From Eledone cirrhosa (lineage: Eukaryota), in contig OZ024764.1 in assembly GCA_964016885.1 (NCBI GenBank), positions 26,970,001-27,034,000 of the forward strand: 64,000 nucleotides of DNA, read 5' to 3'. A program made the translations under genes and the position numbers. Each line of letters opens with the position of its first letter. The stretch's first letter is position 1. Positions 22,801 through 37,700 of this stretch are shown in pieces. The notes beneath the pieces are model-generated. The model made no database searches, had not been told where the DNA came from, and was given only the letters and a program-made list of their open reading frames with translations.

Positions 22801-25800
22801 CAGATGAAACGAGGGAGATAGAGATGAAACGAGAGAGAGAGATGAAACGAGAGAGAGGAAGAGAGAGATGGAACGAGAGAGAGGAAGAGAGAGATGGAAC
22901 GAGAGAGAGGAAGACAGAGATGAAACGAGAGAGAGAGAGAGCGAGATGAAACGAGAGAGAGGAAGAGAGAACGCGAGATGAAACGAGAGAGAGAGAGAGC
23001 AAGATGAAACGAGAGAGAGGAAGAGAGAGAGCGCAAGATGAAACGAGAGAGAGAGCGCGAGATGAAAGTCTGTCATGTAATGTTATGGACATATCTGCCC
23101 TTGGGGCTAATAATTGTCATGTAATGTTATGGAAATCTCTGCCTCTGTGGCTAATAATTCTTTCATGTAATGTTATGGACATCTCTGCCCCTGTGGCTAA
23201 TAATTCTGTCATGTAATGTTATGGACATCTCTGCCCCTGTGGCTAATAAATCTGTCATGTAATGTTATGGACATCTCTGCCCCTGTGGCTAATAATTCTG
23301 ACATGTAATGTTATGGACATCTCTGCCCCTGTGGCTAATAAATATGACATGTAATGTTATGGACATCTCTGCCCCTGTGGCTAATAATTCTGACATGTAA
23401 TGTTATGGACATCTCTGCCCCTGTGGCTAATAATTCTGAGAGAGATGAAACAAGTGAGGGATTAGAGAGAGATGAAACAAGTGAGGGATTAGAGTGTTGA
23501 ATCAAGAGAGAGAGAGAGGAAGAGAGAGTGAGAGCGAAATCAAACGAGAGAGAGCGAGATGAAATGAGAGAGTGAGAGCGAGATGAAACTAGAGAGAGAG
23601 AGAGAGCGAGATGAAATGAGAGAGAGAGAGCGAGATGAAATGAGAGAGAGAGAGCGAGATGAAACGAGACAGAGAGAGCGGGATGAAACGAGACAGAGAG
23701 AGCGAGAGCGAGATGAAACGAGACAGACAGAGCGAGATGAAACGAGAGAGAGAGAGCGAGATGAAATGAGAGAGAGAGAGAGAGAGATGAAATGAGAGAG
23801 AGAGAGCGAGATGAAACGAGAGAGTGAGAGCGAGATGGAACGAGACAGAGAGAGCGAGATGAAACGAGAGTGGGAGAGCTAGATGAAACGAGCGAGAGAG
23901 GAAACGAGAGAGACGAAACGAGAGAGAGGAAACGAGAGTAGAGAGCGAGATGAAACAGGAGAGAGAGAGCGAGATGAAACAGGAGAGAGAGAGCGAGATG
24001 AAACGAGAGGGAGAGAGAGATGAAACGAGAGAGCGAGAGAGAGATAGAGGGAGATGAAACGACAGAGAGAGAGACAGATGAAACGAGGGAGATAGAGATG
24101 AAACGAGAGAGAGAGATGAAACGAGAGAGAGGAAGAGAGAGATGGAACGAGAGAGAGGAAGGGAGAGATGGAACGAGAGAGAGGAAGACAGAGATGAAAC
24201 GAGAGAGAGAGAGAGCAAGATGAAACGAGAGAGAGAGATGAAACGAGAGAGAGGAAGAGAGAGATGGAACGAGAGAGAGGAAGAGAGAGATGGAACGAGC
24301 GAGAGGAAGACAGAGATGAAACGAGACAGAGAGAGATCGAGATGAAACGAGAGAGAGGAAGAGAGAGAGCGCAAGATGAAACGAGAGAGAGAGAGAGAGC
24401 GAGATGAAACGAGAGAGAGGAAGAGAGAGAGCGCGAGATGAAACGAGAGAGAGGAAGAGAGAGAGCGCGAGATGAAATGAGAGAGAGAGAGCGAGATGAA
24501 ATGAGAGATTGAGAGTGAGATGAAACGAGAGAGTGAGAGAGAGCGAGATGAAATGACAGAGAGAGAGCGAGATGAAATGAGAGAGAGAGAGCGAGATGAA
24601 ACGAGACAGAGAGAGCGGGATGAAACGAGACAGAGAGATCGAGATGAAATGAGAGAGAGAGAGCGAGATGAAATGAGAGAGAGAGAGCGAGATGAAACGA
24701 GAGAGTGAGAGCGAGATGGAACGAGTCAGAGAGAGCGAGATGAAACGAGAGAGTGAGAGCTAGATGAAACGAGAGAGAGAGGAAACGAGAGAGAGAGGAA
24801 ACGAGAGAGAGGAAACGAGAGAGAGGAAACGAGAGTAGAGAGCAAGATGAAACAGGAGAGAGAGAGAGCGAGATGAAACCGGAGAGAGAGAGCGAGATGA
24901 AACGAGAGGGAGGGAGAGATGAAACGAGAGAGCGAGAGAGAGATAGAGGGAGATTAAACGAGAGAGTGATAGCTAGATGAAACGAGAGAGAGAGGAATAG
25001 AGAGATGGAACGAGAGAGAGGAAGACAGATATGAAACGAGAGAGAGAGAGAGCGAGATGAAACGAGAGAGAGGAAGAGAGAGAGCGCGAGATGAAACGAG
25101 AGAGAGAGAGCGAGATGAAACGAGAGAGAGAGCGAGATGAAACGAGAGAGAGGAAGAGAGAGAGCGCGAGATGAAAGTCTGTCATGTAATGTTATGGACA
25201 TATCTGCCCTTGGGGCTAATAATTGTCATGTAATGTTATGGACATATCTACCCTTGGGGCTAATAATTGTCATGTAATGTTATGTACATCTCTGCCCCTG
25301 TGGCAAATAATTCTGTCATGTAATGTTATGGACACCTCTGTCCCTGTGGCTAATAATTATGTCATGTAATGTTATGGACATCTCTGCCCCTGTGGCTAAT
25401 AATTCTGTCATGTAATGTTATGGACATCTCTGCCCCTGTGGCTAATAAATTCGTCATGTAATGTTATGGACATCTCTGCCCCTGTGGCTAATAAATCTGT
25501 CATGTAATGTTTTGGACATCTCTTCCCCTGTGGCTAATAATTCTGACATGTAATGTTATGGATATCTCTGCCCCTGTGGCTAATAATTCTGAGAGAGATG
25601 AAACAAGTGAGGGATAAGAGAGAGATGAAACAAGTGAGGGATTAGAGTGTTGAAACAAGAGAGAGAGAGGAAGAGAGAGTGAGAGCGAGATCAAACGAGA
25701 GAGAGAGAGCGAGATGAAATGAGAGAGTGAGAGCGAGATGAAACGAGAGAGAGAGAGCGAGATGAAATGAGAGAGAGAGAGCGAGATGAAATGAGAGAGA

Positions 25801-28800
25801 GAGAGCGAGATGAAACGAGACAGAGAGAGCGAGGTGAAACGAGAGAGAGAGAGAGCGAAATGAAACGAGACAGATTAGAGCGAGATGAAACGAGAGAGAG
25901 AGAGCAAGATGAAATGAGAGAGAGAGAGCGAGATGAAACGAGAGAGTGAGAGCTAGAGGAAACGATAGAGAGAGGAAACGAGAGAGAGAGGAAACGAGAG
26001 AGAGGATACGAGAGAGAGGAAACGAGAGTAGAGAGCGAGATGAAACAGGAGAGAGAGAGCGAGATGAAACAGGAGAGAGAGAGCGAGATGAAACGAGAGG
26101 GAGAGTGAGATGAAACGAGAGAGCGAGAGAGAGATAGAGGGAGATGAAATGACAGAGAGAGAGACAGATGAAACGAGGGAGATAGAGATGAAACGAGAGA
26201 GAGAGATGAAACGAGAGAGAGGAAGAGAGAGATGGAACGAGAGAGAGGAAGAGAGAGATGGAACGAGAGAGAGGAAGACAGAGATGAAACGAGAGAGAGA
26301 GAGAGCGAGATGAAACGAGAGAGAGGAAGAGAGAGAACGCGAGATGAAACGAGAGAGAGAGCAAGATGAAACGAGAGAGAGGAAGAGAGAGAGCGCAAGA
26401 TGAAACGAGAGAGAGAGAGCGCGAGATGAAAGTCTGTCATGTAATGTTATGGACATATCTGCCCTTGGGGCTAATAATTGTCATGTAATGTTATGGAAAT
26501 CTCTGCCCCTGTGGCTAATAATTCTGTCATGTAATGTTATGGACATCTCTGCCCCTGTGGCTAATAATTCTGTCATGTAATGTTATGGACATCTCTGCCC
26601 CTGTGGCTAATAAATCTGTCATGTAATGTTATGGACATCTCTGCCCCTGTGGCTAATAATTCTGACATGTAATGTTATGGACATCTCTGCCCCTGTGGCT
26701 AATAAATATGACATGTAATGTTATGGACATCTCTGCCCCTGTGGCTAATAAATCTGTCATGTAATGTTATGGACATCTCTGCCCCTGTGGCTAATAATTC
26801 TGACATGTAATGTTATGGACATCTCTGCCCCTGTGGCTAATAAATCCGTCATGTAATGTTATGGACATCTCTGCCCCTGTGGCTAATAATTCTGACATGT
26901 AATGTTATGGACAATCCTGCCCCTGTGGCTAATAATTCTGTCATGTAATGTTATGGACATCTCTGCCCCTGTGGCTAATAAATTCGTCATGTAATGTTAT
27001 GGACATCTCTGCCCCTGTGGCTAATAAATCTGTCATGTAATGTTATGGACATCTCTGCCCCTGTGGCTAATAATTCTGACATGTAATGTTATGGATATCT
27101 CTGCCCCTGTGGCTAATAATTCTGAGAGAGATGAAACAAGTGAGGGATAAGAGAGAGATGAAACAAATGAGGGATTAGAGTGTTGAAACAAGAGAGAGAG
27201 AGGAAGAGAGAGTGAGAGCGAGATCAAACGAGAGAGAGAGAGCGAGATGAAATGAGAGAGTGAGAGCGAGATGAAACGAGAGAGAGAGAGCGAGATGAAA
27301 TGAGAGAGCGAGAGCGAGATGAAATGAGAGAGAGAGAGCGAGATGAAACGAGACAGAGAGAGCGAGATGAAACGAGAGAGAGAGAGAGAGAGCGAAATGA
27401 AACGAGACAGATTAGAGCGAGATGAAACGAGAGAGAGAGAGCGAGATGAAATGAGAGAGAGAGAGCGAGATGAAACGAGAGAGTGAGAGCTAGAGGAAAC
27501 GAGAGAGAGAGGAAACGAGAGAGAGGATACGAGAGAGAGGAAACGAGAGTAGAGAGCGAGATGAAACAGGAGAGAGAGAGCGAGATGAAACAGGAGAGAG
27601 AGAGCGAGATGAAACGAGAGGGAGAGAGAGATGAAACGAGAGAGCGAGAGAGAGATAGAGGGAGATGAAACGACAGAGAGAGAGACAGATGAAACGAGGG
27701 AGATAGAGATGAAACGAGAGAGAGAGATGAAACGAGAGAGAGGAAGAGAGAGATGGAACGAGAGAGAGGAAGAGAGAGATGGAACGAGAGAGAGGAAGAC
27801 AGAGATGAAACGAGAGAGAGAGAGAGCGAGATGAAACGAGAGAGAGGAAGAGAGAACGCGAGATGAAACGAGAGAGAGAGAGAGCAAGATGAAACGAGAG
27901 AGAGGAAGAGAGAGAGCGCAAGATGAAACGAGAGAGAGAGCGCGAGATGAAAGTCTGTCATGTAATGTTATGGACATATCTGCCCTTGGGGCTAATAATT
28001 GTCATGTAATGTTATGGAAATCTCTGCCTCTGTGGCTAATAATTCTTTCATGTAATGTTATGGACATCTCTGCCCCTGTGGCTAATAATTCTGTCATGTA
28101 ATGTTATGGACATCTCTGCCCCTGTGGCTAATAAATCTGTCATGTAATGTTATGGACATCTCTGCCCCTGTGGCTAATAATTCTGACATGTAATGTTATG
28201 GACATCTCTGCCCCTGTGGCTAATAAATATGACATGTAATGTTATGGACATCTCTGCCCCTGTGGCTAATAAATCTGTCATGTAATGTTATGGACATCTC
28301 TGCCCCTGTGGCTAATAATTCTGACATGTAATGTTATGGACATCTCTGCCCCTGTGGCTAATAATTCTGAGAGAGATGAAACAAGTGAGGGATTAGAGAG
28401 AGATGAAACAAGTGAGGGATTAGAGTGTTGAATCAAGAGAGAGAGAGAGGAAGAGAGAGTGAGAGCGAAATCAAACGAGAGAGAGCGAGATGAAATGAGA
28501 GAGTGAGAGCGAGATGAAACTAGAGAGAGAGAGAGAGCGAGATGAAATGAGAGAGAGAGAGCGAGATGAAATGAGAGAGAGAGAGCGAGATGAAACGAGA
28601 CAGAGAGAGCGGGATGAAACGAGACAGAGAGAGCGAGAGCGAGATGAAACGAGACAGAGAGAGTGAGATGAAACGAGAGAGAGAGAGCGAGATGAAATGA
28701 GAGAGAGAGAGAGAGATGAAATGAGAGAGAGAGAGCGAGATGAAACGAGAGAGTGAGAGCGAGATGGAACGAGACAGAGAGAGCGAGATGAAACGAGAGT

Positions 28801-31727
28801 GGGAGAGCTAGATGAAACGAGAGAGAGAGGAAACGAGAGAGACGAAACGAGAGAGAGGAAACGAGAGTAGAGAGCGAGATGAAACAGGAGAGAGAGAGCG
28901 AGATGAAACAGGAGAGAGAGAGCGAGATGAAACGAGAGGGAGAGAGAGATGAAACGAGAGAGCGAGAGAGAGATAGAGGGAGATGAAACGACAGAGAGAG
29001 AGACAGATGAAACGAGGGAGATAGAGATGAAACGAGAGAGAGAGATGAAACGAGAGAGAGGAAGAGAGAGATGGAACGAGAGAGAGGAAGGGAGAGATGG
29101 AACGAGAGAGAGGAAGACAGAGATGAAACGAGAGAGAGAGAGAGCAAGATGAAACGAGAGAGAGATGAAACGAGAGAGAGGAAGAGAGAGATGGAACGAG
29201 AGAGAGGAAGAGAGAGATGGAACGAGCGAGAGGAAGACAGAGATGAAACGAGACAGAGAGAGATCGAGATGAAACGAGAGAGAGGAAGAGAGAGAGCGCA
29301 AGATGAAACGAGAGAGAGAGAGAGAGCGAGATGAAACGAGAGAGAGGAAGAGAGAGAGCGCGAGATGAAACGAGAGAGAGGAAGAGAGAGAGCGCGAGAT
29401 GAAATGAGAGAGAGAGAGCGAGATGAAATGAGAGATTGAGAGTGAGATGAAACGAAAGAGTGAGAGAGAGCGAGATGAAATGACAGAGAGAGAGCGAGAT
29501 GAAATGAGAGAGAGAGAGCGAGATGAAACGAGACAGAGAGAGCGGGATGAAACGAGACAGAGAGATCGAGATGAAATGAGAGAGAGAGAGCGAGATGAAA
29601 TGAGAGAGAGAGAGCGAGATGAAACGAGAGAGTGAGAGCGAGATGGAACGAGTCAGAGAGAGCGAGATGAAACGAGAGAGTGAGAGGTAGATGAAACGAG
29701 AGAGAGAGGAAACGAGAGAGAGAGGAAACGAGAGAGAGGAAACGAGAGAGAGGAAACGAGAGTAGAGAGCAAGATGAAACAGGAGAGAGAGAGAGCGAGA
29801 TGAAACCGGAGAGAGAGAGCGAGATGAAACGAGAGGGAGGGAGAGATGAAACGAGAGAGCGAGAGAGAGATAGAGGGAGATGAAACGAGAGAGTGATAGC
29901 TAGATGAAACGAGAGAGAGAGGAATAGAGAGATGGAACGAGAGAGAGGAAGACAGATATGAAACGAGAGAGAGAGAGAGCGAGATGAAACGAGAGAGAGG
30001 AAGAGAGCGCGAGATGAAACGAGAGAGAGAGAGCGAGATGAAACGAGAGAGAGAGCGAGATGAAACGAGAGAGAGGAAGAGAGAGAGCGCGAGATGAAAG
30101 TCTGTCATGTAATGTTATGGACATATCTGCCCTTGGGGCTAATAATTGTCATGTAATGTTATGGACATATCTACCCTTGGGGCTAATAATTGTCATGTAA
30201 TGTTATGTACATCTCTGCCCCTGTGGCAAATAATTCTGTCATGTAATGTTATGGACACCTCTGTCCCTGTGGCTAATAATTATGTCATGTAATGTTATGG
30301 ACATCTCTGCCCCTGTGGCTAATAATTCTGTCATGTAATGTTATGGACATCTCTGCCCCTGTGGCTAATAAATTCGTCATGTAATGTTATGGACATCTCT
30401 GCCCCTGTGGCTAATAAATCTGTCATGTAATGTTTTGGACATCTCTTCCCCTGTGGCTAATAATTCTGATATGTAATGTTATGGATATCTCTGCCCCTGT
30501 GGCTAATAATTCTGAGAGAGATGAAACAAGTGAGGGATAAGAGAGAGATGAAACAAGTGAGGGATTAGAGTGTTGAAACAAGAGAGAGAGAGGAAGAGAG
30601 AGTGAGAGCGAGATCAAACGAGAGAGAGAGAGCGAGATGAAATGAGAGAGTGAGAGCGAGATGAAACGAGAGAGAGAGAGCGAGATGAAATGAGAGAGAG
30701 AGAGAGCGAGATGAAATGAGAGAGAGAGAGCGAGATGAAACGAGACAGAGAGAGCGAGGTGAAACGAGAGAGAGAGAGAGCGAAATGAAACGAGACAGAT
30801 TAGAGCGAGATGAAACGAGAGAGAGAGAGAGCAAGATGAAATGAGAGAGAGAGAGAGAGCGAGATGAAACGAGAGAGTGAGAGCTAGAGGAAACGATAGA
30901 GAGAGGAAACGAGAGAGAGAGGAAACGAGAGAGAGGATACGAGAGAGAGGAATCGAGAGTAGAGAGCGAGATGAAACAGGAGAGAGAGAGCGAGATGAAA
31001 CAGGAGAGAGAGAGCGAGATGAAACGAGAGGGAGAGTGAGATGAAACGAGAGAGCGAGAGAGAGATAGAGGGAGATGAAACGACAGAGAGAGAGACAGAT
31101 GAAACGAGGGAGATAGAGATGAAACGAGAGAGAGAGATGAAACGAGAGAGAGGAAGAGAGAGATGGAACGAGAGAGAGGAAGAGAGAGATGGAACGAGAG
31201 AGAGGAAGACAGAGATGAAACGAGAGAGAGAGCGAGATGAAACGAGAGAGAGGAAGAGAGAGAACGCGAGATGAAACGAGAGAGAGAGCAAGATGAAACG
31301 AGAGAGAGGAAGAGAGCGCAAGATGAAACGAGAGAGAGAGAGCGCGAGATGGAAGTCTGTCATGTAATGTTATGGACATCTCTGCCCCTGTGGCTAATAA
31401 ATCTGTCATGTAATGTTATGGACATCTCTGCCCCTGTGGCTAATAATTCTGACATGTAATGTTATGGACATCTCTGCCCCTGTGGCTAATAAATATGACA
31501 TGTAATGTTATGGACATCTCTGCCCCTGTGGCTAATAAATCTGTCATGTAATGTTATGGACATCTCTGCCCCTGTGGCTAATAATTCTGACATGTAATGT
31601 TATGGACATCTCTGCCCCTGTGGCTAATAAATCTGTCATGTAATGTTATGGACATCTCTGCCCCTGTGGCTAATAATTCTGACATGTAATGTTATGGACA
31701 TCTCTGCCCCTGTGGCTAATAATTCTG
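13520..31727 (+). repeat. Composite satellite, purine-strand arm: 11 GA-rich blocks alternating with 46-bp arrays; ~4.9 kb higher-order repeat
   Basis: GA blocks start ~13520, 15261, 17339, 18569, 20709, 22241, 23439, 25591, 27125, 28369, 30515; homologous ORF positions recur at 17247/22150/27033 and 20617/25500/30423. Confidence 0.97.
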
Positions 31728-34700
31728 ATTTATTAGCCACAGGGGCAGAGATGTCCATAACATTACATGACAGAATTATTAGCCACAGGGGCAGAGATTT
31801 CCATAACATTACATGTCAGAATTATTAGCCACAGGGGCAGAGATGTCCATAACATTACATGTCAGAATTATTAGCCACAGGGGCAGAGATGTCCATAACA
31901 TTACATGACAGAATTATTAGCCACAGGGGCAGAGATGACCATAACATTACATGACAATTATTAGCCACAGGGGCAGATATGTCAATAACATTACATGACA
32001 GAGTTTCATCTTGCGCTCTCTCTCTCTCGTTTCATCTCGCTCTCCCTCTCTCTCGTTTCATCTCTGTCTTCCTCTCTCTCGTTTCATCTCGATCTCTCTC
32101 TCTCTCGTTTCATCTCTGTCTTCCTCTCTCTCGTTCCATCTCTCTCTTCCTCTCTCTCGTTCCATCTCTCTCTTCCTCTCTTTCGTTTCATCTCTATCTC
32201 CCTTCTTTCATCTGTCTCTCTCTCTGTCGTTTCATCTCGCGCTCTCTCTCACTCGTTTCATCTTGCGCTCTCTCTCTCTCGTTTCGTCTTGCTCTCTCTC
32301 TCTCTCGTTTCATCTCTGTCTTCCTCTCTCTCGTTCCATCTCTCTATCCCTCTCTCTCGTTCCATCTCTCTCATCCTCTCTCTCGTTTCATCTCTATCTC
32401 CCTCCTTTCATCTGTCTCTCTCTCTGTCGTTTCATCTCGCGCTCTCTCTCTCTCGTTTCATCTTGCGCTCTCTCTCTCTCGTTTCATCTCGTTCTCTCTC
32501 TCGTTTCATCTCTGTCTTCCTCTCTCTCGTTCCATCTCTCTCTTCCTCTCTCTCTTGTTCCATCTCTCTCTTCCTCTCTCTCGTTTCATCTCTATCTCCC
32601 TTCTTTCATCTGTCTCGCTCTCTGTCGTTTCATCTCGCGCTCTCTCTCTCGTTTCATGTCGCGCTCTCTCTCTCTCGTTTCATCTCGCTCTCTCTCTCTC
32701 GTTTCATCTCTGTCTTCCTCTCTCTCGTGCCATCTCTCTCTTCCTCTCTCTCTTCCTCTCTCTCGTTTCATCTCTATCTCCCTTGTTTCATCTCTCTCTC
32801 GCTCTCTCGTTTCATCTCTCTCTCCCTCTCGTTTCATCTCGCTCTCTCTCTCCTGTTTCATCTCGCTCTCTCTCTCTCGTTTCATCTCTGTCTTCCTCTC
32901 TCTCGTTCCATCTCTGTCTTCCTCTCTCTCGTTCCATCTCTCGCTTCCTCTCTCTCGTTTCATCTCGCTCTCCCTCGTTTCATCTCTCTCTCGCTCTCTC
33001 GTTTCATCTCTCTCTCCCTCTCATTTCATCTCGCTCTCTCTCTCCTGTTTCATCTGGCTCTCTCTCTCTCCTGTTTCATCTCGCTCTCTACTCTCGTTTC
33101 CTCTCTCTCTCTCGTTTCATCTCTCTCTCCCTCCCGTTTCATCTCGCTCTCTCTCTCTCATTTCATCTCGCTCTCTCTCTCTCGTTTCATCTCGCTCTCC
33201 CTCTCTCGTTTCATCCCGCTCTCACTCTCTCATTTCTTCTCGCTCTCTCTCTCTTGTTTCAACACTCTAATCCCTCACTTGTTTACTATCTCTCAGAATT
33301 ATTAGCCACAGGGGCAGAGATGACCATAACATTACATGTCAGAATTATTAGCCACAACGGCAGAGATGTCCATAACATTACATGACAGAATTATTAGCCA
33401 CAGGGGCAGAGATGACCATAACATTACATGACAATTATTAGCCACAGGGGCAGATATGTCAATAACATTACATGACAGAGTTTCATCTCGCGCTCTCTCT
33501 CTCTCGTTTCATCTTGCGCTCTCTCTCTCTCTCGTTTCATCTTGCTCTCTCTCTCGTTTCATCTCTGTCTTCCTCTCTCTCGTTCCATCTCTCTCTTCCT
33601 CTCTCTCGTTCCATCTCTCTCATCCTCTCTCTCGTTTCATCTCTATCTCCCTCCTTTCATCTGTCTCTCTCTCTGTTGTTTCATCTCGCGCTCTCTCTCT
33701 CTCTCGTTTCATCTCGCGCTCTCTCTGTCTCGTTTCATCTCGCTCTCTCTCTCTCTCGTTTCATCTCTGTCTTCCTCTCTCTCGTTCCATCTCTCTCTTC
33801 CTCTCTCTCGTTCCATCTCTCTCTTCTTCTCTCTCGTTTCATCTCTATCTCCCTCGTTTCATCTCTCTCTCGCTCTCTCGTTTCATCTCTCTCTCCCGCT
33901 CGTTTCTTTTCGCTCTCTCTCTCCTGTTTCATCTCGCTCTCTACTCTCGTTTCCTCTCTCTCATTTCCTCTCTCTCTCGTTTCCTCTCTGTCTCGTTTCA
34001 TCTCGCTCTCTCTCTTTCTCGTTTGATCTCGCTCTCACTCTCTCGTTTCATCTCGCTTCTCTCACTCTCTTGTTTCATCTCGCTCTCTCTCTCTCTTCCT
34101 CTCTCTCTCTTGTTTCAACACTCTAATCCCTCACTTGTTTTATCTCTCTCTAATCCCTCACTTGGTTCATCTCTCTCAGAATTATTAGCCACAGGGGCAG
34201 AGATGTCCATAACATTACATGTCAGAATTATTAGCCACAGGGCAGAGATGTCCATAACATTACATGTCAGAATTATTAGCCACTGGGGCAGAGATGTCCA
34301 TAACATTACATGTCAGAATTATTAGCCACAGGGGTAGAGATGTCCATAACATTACATGTCAGAATTATTAGCCACAGGGGCAGTGATGTCCATAACATTA
34401 CATGACAATTATTAGCCCCAAGGGCAGATATGTCCATAACATTACATGACAGAGTTCCATCTCGCGCTCTCTCTCTTCCTCTCTCTCGTTTCATCTCGCT
34501 CTCTCTCTCTCTCGTTTCATCTCGCTCTCTCGTTTCATCTCGCTCTCTCGTTTCATCTCGCTCTCTCTCGTTTCATCTCTGTCTTCCTCTCTCTCGTTCC
34601 ATCTCTCTCTTCCTCTCTCTCGTTCCATCTCTCTCTTCCTCTCTCTCGTTTCCTTTCTATCTCCCTCCTTTCATCTGTCTCTCTCTCTGTTGTTTCATCT

Positions 34701-37700
34701 CGCGCTCTCTCTCTCTCGATTCATCTCGCGCTCTCTCTCTCTCGTTTCATCTCGCTCTCTCTCTCTCTCGTTTCATCTCTGTCTTCCTCTCTCGCGTTCC
34801 ATCTCTCTCTTCCTCCCTCTCTTCCTCTCTCTCGTTTCATCTCTATCTCCCTCGTTTCATCTCTCTCTCCCTCTCGTTTCATCTCGCTCTCTCTCTCCTG
34901 TTTCATCTCGCTCTCTACTCTCGTTTCCTCTCTCTCGTTTCCTCTCTGTCTCGTTCCATCCCGCTCTCTCTCTCTCTCATTACATCTCGCTCTCTCTGTC
35001 TCGTTTCATCTCGCTCTCTCTCTCTCTCGTTTCATCTCGCTCTCACTCTCTCGTTTCATCTCGCGTTTCATCTCACTCTCCCTGTCTCATTTCACCTCGC
35101 TCTCTCTCTCTCTTCCTCTCTCTCTCTTGTTTCAACACTCTAATCCCTCACTTGTTTTATCTCTCTCTAATCCCTCACTTGTTTCATCTCTCTCAGAATT
35201 ATTAGCCACAGGGGCAGAGATGTCCATAACATTACATGTCAGAATTATTAGCCACAGGGCAGAGATGTCCATAACATTACATGTCAGAGTTATTAGCCAC
35301 AGGGGCAGAGATGTCCATAACATTACATGTCAGAATTATTAGCCACGGGGGCGGAGACGTCCATAACATTACATGACAGAATTATTAGCCACAGGGGCAG
35401 AGATGACCATAACATTACATGACAATTATTAGCCACAGGGGCAGATATATCAATAACATTACATGATAGAGTTTCATCTCGCGCTCTCTCTCTCTCTCGT
35501 TTCATCTTGCTCTCTCTCTCTCTCGTTTCATCTCTGTCTTCCTCTCTCTCGTTCCATCTCTCTCTTCCTCTCTCTCGTTCCATCTCTCTCATCCTCTCTC
35601 TCGTTTCATCTCTATCTCCCTCCTTTCATCTGTCTCTCTCTGTCGTTTCATCTCGTGCTCTCTCTCTCTCGTTTCATCTCGCGCTCTCTCTGTCTCGTTT
35701 CATCTCGCTCTCTCTCTCTCTCGTTTCATCTCTGTCTTCCTCTCTCACGTTCCATCTCTCTCTTCCTCTCTCTCGTTCCATCTCTCTCTTCCTCTCTCTC
35801 GTTTCATCTCTATCTCCCTCGTTTCATCTCTCTCTCGCTCTCTCGTTTCATCTCTCTCTCCCTCTCGTTTCATCTCGCTCTCTACTCTCGTTTCCTCTCT
35901 CTCGTTTCCTCTCTGTCTCGTTCCATCCCGCTCTCTCTCTCTCACATTACATCTCGCTCTCTCTGTCTCGTTTCATCTCGCTCTCTCTCTCTCTCGTTTC
36001 ATCTCGCTCTCACTCTCTCGTTTCATCTCGCTTCTCTCACTATTGCGTTTCATCTCGCTCTCCCTGTCTCATTTCATCTCGCTCTCTCTCTCTCTCTTCC
36101 TCTCTCTTGTTTCAACACCCTAATCCATCACTTGTTTTATCTCTCTCTAATCCCTCACTTGTTTCATCTCTCTCAGAATTATTAGCCACAGGGGCAGAGA
36201 TGTCCATAACATTACATGTCAGAGTTATTAGCCACAGGGGCAGATATGTCCATAACATTACATGACAGAGTTTCATCTCGCGCTCTCTCTCTCTCGTTTC
36301 ATCTCGCGCTCTCTCTCTTCCTCTCTCTCGTTTCATCTCGCTCTCTCTCTCTCTCGTTTCACCTCTGTCTTCCATCTCTCTCTTCCTCTCTCTCGTTCCA
36401 TCTCACTCTTCCTCTCTCTCATTTCATCTCTCTCTCTCGTTTCATCTCTATCTCTCTCTCTCGTTTCATCTGTCTCTCTCTCTGTCGTTTCATCTCCCTC
36501 TATCTCTCTCTCCCTCTCGTTTCATCTCGCTCTCTCTCTCCTGTTTCATCTCGCTCTCTCTCTCTCCTGTTTCATCTCGCTCTCTACTCTCGTTTCCTCT
36601 CTCTCTCCCTCCTGTTTCATCTCGCTCTCTCTCTCTCGTTTCATCTCGCTCTCACTCTCTCGTTTCATCTCGCTCTCTCTCTGTCTCGTTCCATCTCGCT
36701 CTCTCTCTCTCATTTCATCTCTCTCTCTCTCTCTCATTTCATCTCGCTCTCTCTCTCTCGTTTCATCTCGCTCTCACTCTCTCGTTTCATCTCGCTCTCA
36801 CTCTCTCGTTTCATCTCGCTCACACTCTCTCATTTCATCTCGCTCTCTCTCTCTTCTTTCAACACTCTAATCCCTCACTTGTTTCATCTCTCTCAGAATT
36901 ATTAGCCACAGGGGCAGAGATGACCATAACATTACATGTCAGAATTATTAGCCACAGGGGCAGAGATGTCCATAACATTACATGTCAGAATCATTAGCCA
37001 CAGGGGCAGAGATGTCCATAACATTACATGACAGAATTATTAGCCACAGGGGCAGAGATGACCATAACATTACATGACAATTATTAGCCACAGGGGCAGA
37101 TATGTCAATAACATTACATGACAGAGTTTCATCTTGCGCTCTCTCTCTCTCTCGTTTCATCTTGCGCTCTCTCTCTCTCTCGTTTCCTCTCGCTCTCTCT
37201 CTCTCGCGTTTCATCTCTGTCTTCCTCTCTCTCGTTCCATCTCTCTCTTCCTCTCTCTCGTTCCATCTCTCTCTTCCTCTCTCTCGTTTCATCTGTCTCT
37301 CTCTTTGTCGTTTCATCTCGCGCTCTCTCTCTCTCGTTTCATCTCGTGCTCTCTCTCTCTCATTTCATCTCGCTCTCTCTCTCTCTCGTTTCATCTCTGT
37401 CTTCCTCTCTCTCTTCCTCTCTCTCGTTCCATCTCTCTCTTCCTCTCTCTCGTTTCATCTCTATCTCCCTCGTTTCATCTCTCTCTCGCTCTCTCGTTTC
37501 ATCTCTCTCTCCCTCTCGTCTCATCTCGCTCTCTCTCTTCTGTATCATCTCGCTCTCTACTCTCGTCTCCTCTCTGTCGTTTCCTCTCTGTCTCGTTTCA
37601 TCTCGCTCTCCCTGTCTCATTTCATCTCGCTCTCTCTCTCTCTCTTCCTCTCTGTCTCTTGTTTCAACACTCTAATCCCTCACTTGTTTTATCTCTCTCT

